From the NCBI GenBank assembly GCA_951406725.2, contig OX597817.1, positions 43,896,001-43,960,000 on the forward strand: a stretch of 64,000 nucleotides of DNA. The letters run 5' to 3'. Under the pieces are notes generated by a model. It worked only from the letters and a program-made list of their open reading frames with translations. It was not told the origin of the DNA and made no database searches. The position numbers and the translations under genes are program-made. This document shows, piece by piece, positions 1-12,649 of this stretch; the stretch's first letter is position 1; each line of letters begins with the position of its first letter. The stretch is from Octopus vulgaris. Lineage: Eukaryota.

Positions 1-1204
1 TTATACTTCAGTGCATTTTGAATAAATTATTAAGCAATGTAGGCAGGATACTAAAGTTGTGTATTAGTATTAAAAGGTCAGAGTATACTTGACATTTTTG
101 TTTGTAAACAAAGTACAAGAATAAAAAATAGAAAAGCAAAATGAATAAAGATTGTGCTTAGATAAATATTAGTAGTTTAGTATTTAAAAAATGTAATAAA
201 GAACATGTATGATAGGAAACACCAATGTTAGAAAATTCTCAAAGAGCTAAGATGCCTTCTAAATCTATGTGAAACATCGATGATATTGAACATCCTTCAT
301 CATGTTGTAAATATATGAACTTAAAAGGTAATGCAGTGTGTAAAACTGAAGGCATTTTGAATAATTATATATTGCTAGTAATTTTTATTATTGAAATTAG
401 GAAATATAGTGTTTATTGTTGATTAGCAACTAAATACTAGTTCACTGTACAGAAGTGTAGTACTGTTGATTAAAATGTGTTGCTTATACAAAAATATCCA
501 ATATATGTAGATGTGAAAACATTCTAATAACTCACTACAACACTGCTGCAACAAGTTATGTGAAATAAAATGTTCATGATATGCATTGATTCAGAATAAA
601 ACAGTTTACACACAAATATATCATTAAAAGATAAAAAATAATCCATACTTATATATGTGCATGAAAGAAAATAAACACAAATACATCAAGTGAGCCTATC
701 TTTTATGTAGTATAACTTATAGACTAAAAGAGATCTTATGAGGATCGTTTTTTAAATTTATATGTAATTATATTGAAGTGGGATTAATGAAATGTTTAAT
801 GCTTCTGGAGTTGATTGCAGGAAGTAATACTGAATATAACAAAACTTTTGCAAATTGACGATTATTGTATTTCTGATTTCTTTATGCATTATTATCGGAG
901 AAGCACTGATATTGTTCTTGTAAGATACAAAAGAAAAAAAAAGCATGGATAACATTTTGTAAAATATCAAACAGTTGGAAGATATTTGGAGATCTTGATG
1001 AAAGTTTTATATAAACCTTTAGATATAACTAAAAATTCTAAGCCTGTTTCCTTTGCAGTAAATTGGTATTACGAAACACAATTTTAATATTCTTTATATA
1101 TTTTCTTACAATGTCAGCTAGACTATCAGAGTATAATTTCAAAATATTTTACTGTTATTAAAACTCCTTTGGTTTAGTGAGCATATAAGTTAAAAATACA
1201 TAAC

Positions 1205-1334
1205 CTTTATGTATGTATGAATGCACAAACACACACATGCACACACGCACACACACAGATATATAATGATAGATATAATCATATATATGTATGTATATAT
1301 ATATATATACACAGACACATATATATGTGTATGT

Positions 1335-1381
<47 letters not shown>

Positions 1382-1477
1382 TATAAATATATATGTATAT
1401 ATACATACATATATAAATATATGTATATATATATATACATATATATAAATATATATGTATATATATATACATACATA

Positions 1478-1521
<44 letters not shown>

Positions 1522-1663
1522 TGCATATATATATGTATACATATATATATGTATGTATATATATGTACATACATATGTATATATATATATGTTTATATAT
1601 ATATATATATGTATGTATGTATAAATACATATATATATATATATGTATGTATATATACGTATG

Positions 1664-1694
<31 letters not shown>

Positions 1695-2068
1695 GTATAT
1701 ATATGTATATATATATATATTATATATATGTATTTATATATTTATATGTATATATATATGTACATATATATATAAGTACATATATATATTATATATATGT
1801 ATGTATATATATGTATATATATATATACATACATATATATACATACACACATATATATATATACATCTATATATATTATATATGTATGTATATATAATAT
1901 ATATATATATTATATATCATATATATATATGCATATATACATATATATGCATATATACATATATATATATATGCATATATATATATATGCATATATATAT
2001 ATATATGCATATATATATATATATATATACACATACATTTAGATATACATGATATATATATATATATA
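1205..2068. repeat. compound (TA)n/(TATG)/(CA)n low-complexity array
   Basis: Directly visible. It is the source of the YIYI ORFs. Confidence 0.95.
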
Positions 2069-2524
2069 CCCCCACAAAATATTTTCTTTTATTAAGAAAT
2101 AAAATACATTATGTAATAAATAAAACAAATCATTCTGTAGAATATATATATGGAGAAGCACAGATTTTAGAATGTCAGCAATAACAGAAAAAAGACAACC
2201 TACAAAAATCACGAAATAGAGATGCAATGTAAAGTATTTTCATAATTACTTAAAAATATTAAATACATACATGGGGATATACACAAACATACAAATATAA
2301 CATACATAAATATATAGAGATGTTTGCATTTTGACATTTTCAGACATAATATAAGATATTCTGTATTTCAGATATTAGACTGGGTTACATTCTACAAAAT
2401 GGACTTTACAGTTAATTCTGACTTCAATCTAAGAGAATGTAATCACAAACAAGTTGTGAATAGATTCTTGCAGAATTGAACTAGATTAAGATCAAACAAC
2501 TCAATAAAGATTCTATCTTATCTA

Positions 2525-2593
<69 letters not shown>

Positions 2594-2600
2594 CATTTGC

Positions 2601-2643
<43 letters not shown>

Positions 2644-3113
2644 CAGATGTACAGGTGTCAATTCACTATGGCTGTTTCAAGCAGCTCCATTAATTGATTA
2701 ATGAAAACATTACACTATTTGAAAGAAACCATTCTCATTAGATGACAACATAGACTTCAAACATAAAGGATATAACCATTTTTTTTAACATACACCTGTA
2801 CATCTTTGTTACTCTTATATATTGTATTTACCTAAATTGGAATCTGCACTTGGGAAACACTATATAAAGTACCTTTATAAAAAAATACATGGCTGAATTA
2901 CCAAGAGTGGATATCTTCACTTAGCTGGGTTGCGTTGTCGGCACACATGGAAGGAATATCAGGTACAAATACACCTGCACGGAGTCTCAATATTCAATTA
3001 ACATTGTTTGGGTGTGTGGATTATACCTATCTAGCAAGATGCCTCAATTTAAGTACTTAATTCAATGGAATCTTAATTATATGTATATATATATCTATAT
3101 ATATATGTATATA

Positions 3114-3261
<148 letters not shown>

Positions 3262-4053
3262 TTACAAGTGAGAGGTTATGTAACCATCTGGTTTTTTAAC
3301 TACAACTAAAGTATGACCTTTTAATACCAATGATAAACATCTAATTGTTAATTGTTGCTCCATTTCTTTTCTGATATATATATATATATATATATATAGA
3401 TATATATATATAAAGTGATGTATGTGTGAGTATATATATATACATATACATATATATATATATATATACAAAATTATACATACATACACACACATACACA
3501 CACACACACACACATATATATACATACACACATACATATACACATATATATATATGTACACACACACACATATGAAAAATAAGGATAAACAGAAGTTTAT
3601 ATTTTAAGGTACCTACATACATTTCACCATTATGGTTGTTTGGAGCCTACAATACAAGTTCAAAATGCATATAAATACTCAACCACAGTAGATCCTCAGG
3701 GGGACACTTTACTGTTTCAAGTTATAGGGACATAGCTGTATATAATAAAGTGTTCCCTAAGAATCCATTATGGTTAAGCGTTTATATGCATTTGGAACTT
3801 TTATTGCAGGGTCCAAAGAACCATAATGGTGAAACATGTGTAAGAATTTTATAATAAACTTGTATTTGTCATTATTTTCCCTACATTTCCTCTGTACCTC
3901 ATAACTGGTAATACTAATCAGTATGGTAGTTAATTGATAATTAATAACTATACAGAAAGCAGACTGAATTATAGAACTTGACATGGAGCACTTAATATAA
4001 CAGTAGCAGTCATACATCTACTTGTATGCATAATTTATACTACATACACACAC

Positions 4054-4083
<30 letters not shown>

Positions 4084-4088
<5 letters not shown>

Positions 4089-4369
4089 ATACAATATGTT
4101 ACATTACTCGGTAGTCAAGATAAAACTCTGAGTTTCAGATGCCGAAGTGGAAATCCACAACACCATCTCTTCGGTTATATTGAAAACGTTCTCTACGTTT
4201 TCAAATAGCCAGAAAACCGAAGAGATGGTGTTGTGGATTTCCACTTCGGCATCTGAAACTCAGAGTTTTATCTTGACTACCGAGTAATGTAACATATTGT
4301 ATAGATAAATTTCCTCTATTTACATAATATTGAGGTCTCTTTCTTTCTTTTGTTATCTTACCGTTTTAT

Positions 4370-4372
<3 letters not shown>
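4084..4372. mobile_element. fold-back element with perfect 93-bp inverted arms (4084-4176 / 4215-4307), Penelope-like terminus
   Basis: The arms are exact reverse complements when read block by block. Each arm has a hammerhead-like CCGAAGA...GAAAC motif, and the element is flanked by (TA)n. Confidence 0.75.
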
Positions 4373-4410
<38 letters not shown>

Positions 4411-4442
4411 CATACACACACACACATATATATATATATAAT

Positions 4443-4635
4443 CTTTTCTACTCTAGGCATAAGGCCTGAAATTTTGGGGCGGGGGGGGGGGGCAGTTAAT
4501 TAGATCTACCCCAGTACGCAACTGGTACTTAATTTATCGACCCTGAAAGGATGAAAGGCAAAGTCAGCCTTGGCAGAATTTGAATTTAGATCGTAAAAAC
4601 AGATGAAATATCGCTAACCATTTTGCCTGGTGTGT
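4443..4635 (-). mobile_element. SINE, family C
   Basis: The minus strand reads ttcaaattctgccaagg..gactttgcctttcatcctttc..ggtcgataaattaagtaccag. Degenerate copies occur at ~7725-7840, 37190-37550 (two in tandem) and 51425-51560. Confidence 0.7.
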
Positions 4636-4642
4636 AGATATA

Positions 4643-4800
4643 GGTGCAAGAGTGGCTGTGTGGTAAGAAGCTTGCTTCCCAACCACATGGTTCCGGGTTC
4701 AGTACCACTGCATGGAACCTTGGGCAAGTGTCTTCTACTATAGCCTCGAACTGACCAAAACCCAAACCTTGTAAGTGGATTCACTAGCTGAAAGAAGCCT

Positions 4801-4841
<41 letters not shown>

Positions 4842-5020
4842 GTGTCAGTGTTTTTCCCCACCGCCATCACTTGACAACCGATATTGCTGTGTTTACATCC
4901 CAGTAACTTAACAGTTTGGCAAAAGAGACTGATAGAATAAGTACTAGGTTTACAAAGAATAAGTTCTAAAGGTGATGCTCCAGCACAGCTGCAGTCAAAT
5001 GACTGAAACAAGTAAAAGAA
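4643..5020 (+). mobile_element. tRNA-derived SINE, family A
   Basis: A box tggctgtgtgg, B box ggttcagtacc, internal TA tract and 3' cagtcaaatgactgaaac-aagtaaaaga tail. Several copies occur in the window. Confidence 0.85.
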
Positions 5021-5042
5021 TATATGTGTATATAGGCTGGTC

Positions 5043-5088
<46 letters not shown>

Positions 5089-5217
5089 TACAGACATGTC
5101 TATGCCCATACATATATGTATATATACAAATAAATAAATATATATATATATATATAATGGCGGTGCCCCAGCATGGCCACAGCTCGTGAGCTGAAACTAG
5201 AATCAATCAATCATATG

Positions 5218-5284
<67 letters not shown>

Positions 5285-5681
5285 TTACATACACACATGT
5301 ATATGATAATATGCATGGGTATATGGCACAGATATATTGTGCAGTGAAGAAATTTGTTTTCAAACCACATGGTTTTTGAGTTCAGTTTAGGCTCAGTCCC
5401 ATCATGAGCATATGTGTGCCTATGTGTTTGTTTCAATTGGCACTCTACAAAAGTCTCCTACTATGAGTGGTGTTGTTTTCAGTTCTCTAATCAACAATCA
5501 TCAGCTTGTTTTGTGCCTTTGAAGATGTGCACAATAAGTGACCATATTCTGAATAGAAGTTTTGGTGACATGAAACATATCTTGTTCTAAAAGAGCGACT
5601 CAGTAACATATTTATCAAAAACCATGTCAGCATGGAAAAATAGTTGTAAAATAAAGAAAAATATATATATGAGTGTGTGTA

Positions 5682-5738
<57 letters not shown>

Positions 5739-5764
5739 TATATATATATATATATATATATATT

Positions 5765-6543
5765 TCAATCCCAGAGCCTAAGTCTGTGAGGGACCTGGGT
5801 ATCAACATGAGTGATGATACCTCTTTCCAAGTGCACATTACCAGGATGGCGACAAAGTGCAGACGATTGACTGGGTGGATCCTAAGAACATTCAGAACCA
5901 GAGATAAGGAAACCATGATGGTCCTCTGGCGGACATTCGTCCTCAGTCACCTGGATTACTGCTCACAGCTATGGTCACCCACCAGTGTAAAATTAACAGC
6001 GGACCTTGAAGCAATCCAGAGAAGATTCACAAAGAAGATCATCTCTTTGCAACAGCTCAGCTACTGGGAAAGGTTGAAACAGCTAAGACTCTACTCCTTG
6101 GAGAGAAGACGGGAGAGGTATGCAGTGATATATGTCTGGAAGATCCTGGAAGGAATTGTGCCAAATTTTGGCATTGTAAGCTACACCAATACTAGAACGG
6201 GACAACACTGCATAGTGCCAAAGATCCCAGCAATGCCATCACACTTCAGGACCAGCTTCTGCAACAGCCTGGGTTTCAAGGGCCCACAGCTTTTTCATAT
6301 TCTCCCAAAGAGTCTGAGGAACTTGCACAAAGTAGATGTAGCGGTTTTTAAATCAAAGCTGGACACCTTCCTGTCAAGAGTCCCAGATGAACCTACCTCA
6401 CGGCAAGAGGTGCAAATGAGAGTAGCTGTATCAAACTCCATTCTTCACCAAGTGCCACATATTAGACGAGGTTCGTCGCAATAACAGTGTAGCACAAAAC
6501 GGCGGTGCATCAGCATGGCCGCAGCTCTGAGCTGAAACTAATA

Positions 6544-6552
<9 letters not shown>
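5765..6552 (+). mobile_element. 5'-truncated CR1/L2-group LINE (ORF2 C-terminus, uninterrupted) with 3' tail
   Basis: VRDLGINMS, FVLSHLDYCSQLWSP, LEAIQRRFTK, LSYWERLKQLRLYSLERRRER and FKSKLDTFL. It ends in a structured tail plus A-run and sits in a TA array. Confidence 0.9.
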
Positions 6553-6588
<36 letters not shown>

Positions 6589-6611
6589 ATACATATATAT
6601 ATATATATCGT

Positions 6612-6684
<73 letters not shown>

Positions 6685-6740
6685 ATGTATATCATATATA
6701 TATATCTATCGTATATATATATATCGTATATATATAATAT

Positions 6741-7140
6741 GCATAGGAGTGGCTGTGTGGTAAGTAGCTTGCTTACGAACCACATGGTTCCAGGTTCAGT
6801 CCCACTGTGTGGCATCTTGGGCAAGTGTCTTCTACTATAGCTTCAGGCTGACCAAAGCCTTGTGAATGGATTTGGTAGACGGAAACTGAAAGAAGCCTGT
6901 TGTATACATGTTTATATATATGTGTGTGTTTGTATATCTGTGTTTGTCCCCCCAACATCGCTTGACAACCGATGCTGGTGTGTTTACATCCCTGTAACTT
7001 AGCAGTTCGGCAAAAGGGACTGATAGAATAAGTACTAGGCTTACAAAGAATAAGTCCTGGGGTCAATTTGCTTGACTAAAGGCAGTGCTCCAGCATGGCC
7101 ACAGTCAAATGACTCAAACAACTAAAAGAGTAAAAGAGTA
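6741..7140 (+). mobile_element. tRNA-derived SINE, family A, near full length
   Basis: A/B boxes, the same body as 4643-5020 and 39664-40104, and a (taaaagag)n tail. Confidence 0.88.
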
Positions 7141-7154
7141 ATATATATACATAC

Positions 7155-7185
<31 letters not shown>

Positions 7186-7454
7186 CGCACACATACGCAC
7201 ATGACATTTTAGTACAAGCAGTAGAAATGTAACTCAAAACATGGACATATTTTTTATATTATTTTTAATAGGCCAAAGTTACAAACTTACTCAAGGCCCC
7301 AAAATGTCAGACCTTGAGTCACTTTTTAACTTCTGCTGAATAAAAAGATAGATGTGTGTGTGTAAATGAATGTGTAATTAGCTGTGTCTCAGTGTGAATG
7401 TTTATGTTTTGCTTGGCTTTGAAGAAAAAATTGGGCTGTGAACATATATATAAT

Positions 7455-7506
<52 letters not shown>

Positions 7507-7525
7507 AGACAAACAGACTGTTTAT

Positions 7526-7608
<83 letters not shown>

Positions 7609-8163
7609 AGAGAGCTAGATAAGAGGTATGTAGTTAAATAAGATAACAAACTGGGCAAATCATTAAAGCATCAGAACAAAGACCTAGTTGTTTTTCTTCT
7701 GGTACTTTATATTCAGCTTTTAGACCCTGCCAAGGTAAACTCTGCCTTCTACCCTTCTCACTTAATAAAATAAAGTACTAATCAAATACTGGCATTATAT
7801 TAACAGACCAGCACCACTGTCCCTAAAGTTGTTCGCCTTCTATGTATATATATATAATATGCACATTTCAGTGCTAATGTGCATACAGATTGCACATTAA
7901 TACTTACCATTTCAAAACATGGAATAAAGCATTTATTTGAAAATGAGAACAGATAAAGACAGGACATTTCAACAACAGATTAAATAAGAAAATCATAAAT
8001 AGAGACATATATAAGGGGATATGCAAGAATACCATGTTTAATACAGAATTATAACACATATACTCAGCATACACACACATATACAGAATATTTATTTCCA
8101 GAATCAATATACATGAATATATACACATATATGTCACTCAGAATATGTATGTATGCATGTATG

Positions 8164-8223
<60 letters not shown>

Positions 8224-8231
8224 ATATATAC

Positions 8232-8280
<49 letters not shown>

Positions 8281-8337
8281 CTTATATACTTATATGTCTG
8301 CATGTATATGTATGTGTGTATATTATATGTATGTGTA

Positions 8338-8373
<36 letters not shown>

Positions 8374-8469
8374 TATATTTATATGTTAATGTGACGCTAT
8401 ATTGAAGAACAAAGTAACACAAGACTAAAGGATTAGTCAATACATGTTAGTTACATCCATATTGATTAA

Positions 8470-9520
8470 CATTTACAAGGTACAGATTAGGAGTGACTTT
8501 GAAGTTTTGGCTTGTTTACCTTCATTTGACTGTACTTTACTTGGGTTCATTCTGAACAAAGCCTGATATATATATAAGGTTATTCTTTGTTCTGGTTATT
8601 CTTTTATTCATTTACTTGTTTCAGTCATTTGACTGTGGCCATGGTGCAGCACCACCTTGAAAGGTTTTAGTCAAACAAATCGACCCCAGGACTTATTTCT
8701 TAAGGCTAGTACTTATTCTATCAGTCTCTTTTGCTGAACTGCTAAGTTACAGGGATATAAACATACCAACACTGGTTGTCAAGTAGTGATGGGGTTACAC
8801 CATTTTTTTTATATAGAAAGTTGTCTTTTTATGTTTTAGGGGATAACAAGAGAACAATTATGGATAAATTGGTTGGTCAGTTGGTTAGTTATAGGTTACT
8901 ATTAAGTTAATTGGCTGGTCATAGGTTACTATTAAGTTATTTCAAAGTGGGTATTTTGGAAGAGTTATGACTGGGGAGACTATTTTCAATAAATAATTAT
9001 CAATTTTCTAGCTGCTTATTGTGTTGCTGTTTGTATTTATATCACTTGGGTATAGACAAGTGCATACACATAACTGCAAGACATAGCATATAATGCAGAT
9101 GAATGTTTGAAGATGATACATTTTCCTCTACAGTGATATATATATATATATATATATGTATAAAGAATATATAAATATCAGACTATAGATGCATATCCAT
9201 GCATAGATGTACTTATGTCTTTACATATAACTCAGTGTATAATCACATACATATAGATATATATATCCTGAGCATAACTTTCTATCAATCTATTCCCTAC
9301 AAACACATATTTTCCTTCAGTCATCCTCTATCTACTCTGTCTACACATTTACTTCTCTGTTCTACCTACACCATATCTAATTATTATATATACTGACACA
9401 CCAACTCAAATAACAGCTCACCAAAATTATATAAAGTTAGAATGAACCTAAAGAAACAGTCTGATGAAGGCAAGCAAGTCAAAATTTTGAAGTCACTGCC
9501 AAATCTTTACCTTATAAGAG
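8470..9520. repeat. inverted pair of Penelope-like termini (about 8470-8553 minus and 9439-9515 plus) with hammerhead remnants
   Basis: agaatgaacc...cagtctgatgaaggc...gaagtcactg on + matches the reverse complement of 8491-8553. Confidence 0.7.
8600..8795 (-). mobile_element. SINE family A, 3' half
   Basis: Reverse complement of the tail (gtttcagtcatttgactgtggccatg) and body. A similar fragment lies at 32515-32680. Confidence 0.8.
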
Positions 9521-9575
<55 letters not shown>

Positions 9576-9868
9576 TTATAGATACAGACATATATGTATA
9601 CATACATATATGCATACATATATAAAAATATACATATATATATATGTATATACATAAATATAAATATATATACACACATAAATATATATATACATATAAA
9701 TATATATATATACATATAAATATATATACATATATCACCGTGACCAACCAGGCTATCAGATGTTGCTACACATCGCTGGTCACAATGCGCTTCGCATTGT
9801 TTTAGCCTTCAAATGATGCCACCTCGCTGGCCAAGCGAGCAGGCCAATATACATATATATACATACAG

Positions 9869-10017
<149 letters not shown>

Positions 10018-11920
10018 AATATAAATGTATATATATGTATATATATATATATACATAAATATATATATATACATATATATATATATACATAAATATATAC
10101 ATATACACATATGCATACACACATGTGTATGTATATATATATGTATTATACTTGAGTTGACTGAGTCTTAATGTTTTTCCTATCAGCTTTTCCAACCAGT
10201 GTAGAGTGCTCCATTTCCTGGTATTGATAAAGGAAATTGAAGCCAAAACTTCATCAAATGATAGTGTTGTGAACATAGTATTTTACCTTTGCAGTAAAAC
10301 ATTACAATGAAATGTATTGATATATCATTTGTGGTAAGAGACTGAAGAAATAGTTCTAAAGTTGTAAACCTGATTAAGCATAAATATCAACAAACAGGTA
10401 GGTAGAAATTAAATTTTGTGAAGCAAGGGAAGAAAGATAAATTAAGTAAATATAAGTCAGTATACATATAAGTATGAAAAAGTAATTTGGAGTAATTTCA
10501 GGCAGTTGGATGAAAGGACAGAAGTTAACAAAGTTTTATCCTAATAAGTGCAACTTTGTTGAAAATATTTTATACAAATAAAATCGTAATTGACATCATC
10601 ATCATCGTTTAACCTCTGTTTTCCATGTTGGTATGGGTTGGATTGTTTGAGAGGAGCTAATGGGCCATAGAACTGGGTCAAGCTCCATTGTCAGCTTTGA
10701 CACATTTCTTTGACTGGATGCCCTTCCAAAACATCAACCACTTCATGGAGTGTGATGCTAGGGGATCTTTAAAGAGTGGAACAACTGAATAACTGAAATA
10801 GATTTTAAAAAATTGCCAGAAGCTGAATGTATTGCTGAAAATGTCATGTAAGTTATAAAAAAATACATTAAATTAACTATAGAGTAGATTTATTTAAATA
10901 AAGAATGAGAATATTAATACTAAATGATGAGTTAAGAGCAGAAAATAACAAATATCACACCACAGATATGAATTAAACCTAATGGATATAGTATAAATGA
11001 ATATAAAAATGAGTTTATGGTAGCCTAAAACTTCACAGGTTAAACATACAAGAAATAAATGGGACTATTTTGAATGAAAATTAAGCTAGTGCTGTATAAG
11101 TTTCTACAGAATGTAGACAAGAAAAGTTTGCTTATGTATAATATATGTAGGCATCACTGTCTATCCATGCATTTGTTTGAGCATGTTTACTTGTATCATC
11201 ACACAAACATGTATTGATACATAGGAGTGTATATTTGTATGTATTTATCTACATTTGTAAGAATCTGTATATCTGTTGTCAATATATATTTCCAAGTCAA
11301 GAACTTTTAAATGTGTGTGTGTATGCGTGCGTATGTGTGTGTGTGCGTGCATGCATGTGGATGTCTCTATGTATCTTTATAGATATTTTTTCTTTAGTTT
11401 ATGCAATCACCTCTATATACATTTCTTATGTTTGCTTTTAATGGAATTTTAAAGACCACTCCAGTTGAATTAATTTTGACTTAAAATATAAACCCATATT
11501 TTATTTCTGTTTGACCAGTAAAATTTTAGGTAACTATTACTTAAGTTTTTACATTGATTTATACTCTCCCCTAAAATCTAATTTCTGTCTATGTGTGGTG
11601 GTAGTTACACTATTTTCTAACACTTAGCTCATATGTGAAATTTTGTATAAATATTCTTATTGTTCATTTAAATAGATTTAGTTTATGGTTCCTTTAATAT
11701 TTCCTTTTACAACTTACATGGTAAGATACCATATAAATTGTTTTCAGCAGTTTTTTAATACCTTTTAGAAATTTGATAGTTCTATTATTTAAAGTAACCC
11801 TTTTATTTTATATTGTCAATTCAGATATTATTCTTAGATTAAAGATGGTTCATTTGGCGAATATCAACAGCATAATCCTTTAGGTTTTTATTTCTATGAA
11901 TACACATGCATATGAATGCA

Positions 11921-11985
<65 letters not shown>

Positions 11986-12649
11986 TTTTATGATTTTGCT
12001 TTGGCATAGTGATACTAATAAGTTGCTAGAACTCAATATACTTATGGTTCAAAGTAAAGCATTAGATGATTGCAGAGTGGAATATTAATTAATGCATGAG
12101 AAAAGAACAGGGATTACATAATCACTTTTATTAGCTTATAGCTGTTTGTAATAAGCATTTTGGATGACTTTGAGGCAGCAAGAGGTTGCATATGCACTCA
12201 GCTCTGATTGCAATGCTTCTGATATCTGAAGAAAGTGATTACATAACTGCTGCTCTTTTGGCATCGCTAGCCACTAAACCTTTTCTATTTTCTCTCCCTG
12301 TTTCTGTGTTCCTTTCTGTCGAAGAGTGTAGGCTCGAAATGTAAAAGACTTTCTCACTTCCTGAGCGTTAAGCTAATACATCTGTTTGTTGTTTACACAC
12401 CCATTTTTATTTTTTATTTTTTATTTTGTAAATTCTCCCTATATATATACATATATATCGCTTTCAGCTGTTGAAGTAGATACAGATATAAATATTGGGT
12501 TAAAAAAAGCCCAATTTTTTCCATTCAAGGGTTTTTTAATCCAATATTTATATGCTATTATTTAAAGCTTCATCTACTTTGATTTCCACAGTTAAAACAA
12601 TTATTTCACCTTTCTTGAAGTTTCTAAATTCTTATTATGTAAACAATAT

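Noticed and set aside
2902-2974. CpG-containing patch with minus-strand cag|GT...TG|gtaatt, a possible exon (GVFVPDIPSMCADNATQLSEDIHS)
   Set aside because: It is 73 nt, so it would shift the frame. The pyrimidine tract is poor, there is no neurexin similarity, and it adjoins a Penelope-like terminus.
5624-6484. 286-aa ORF as a host gene
   Set aside because: It is a LINE ORF2 C-terminus fused by chance to a TA microsatellite frame.
6741-6815. tRNA gene
   Set aside because: The A/B boxes belong to a multi-copy SINE head and no full cloverleaf is evident.
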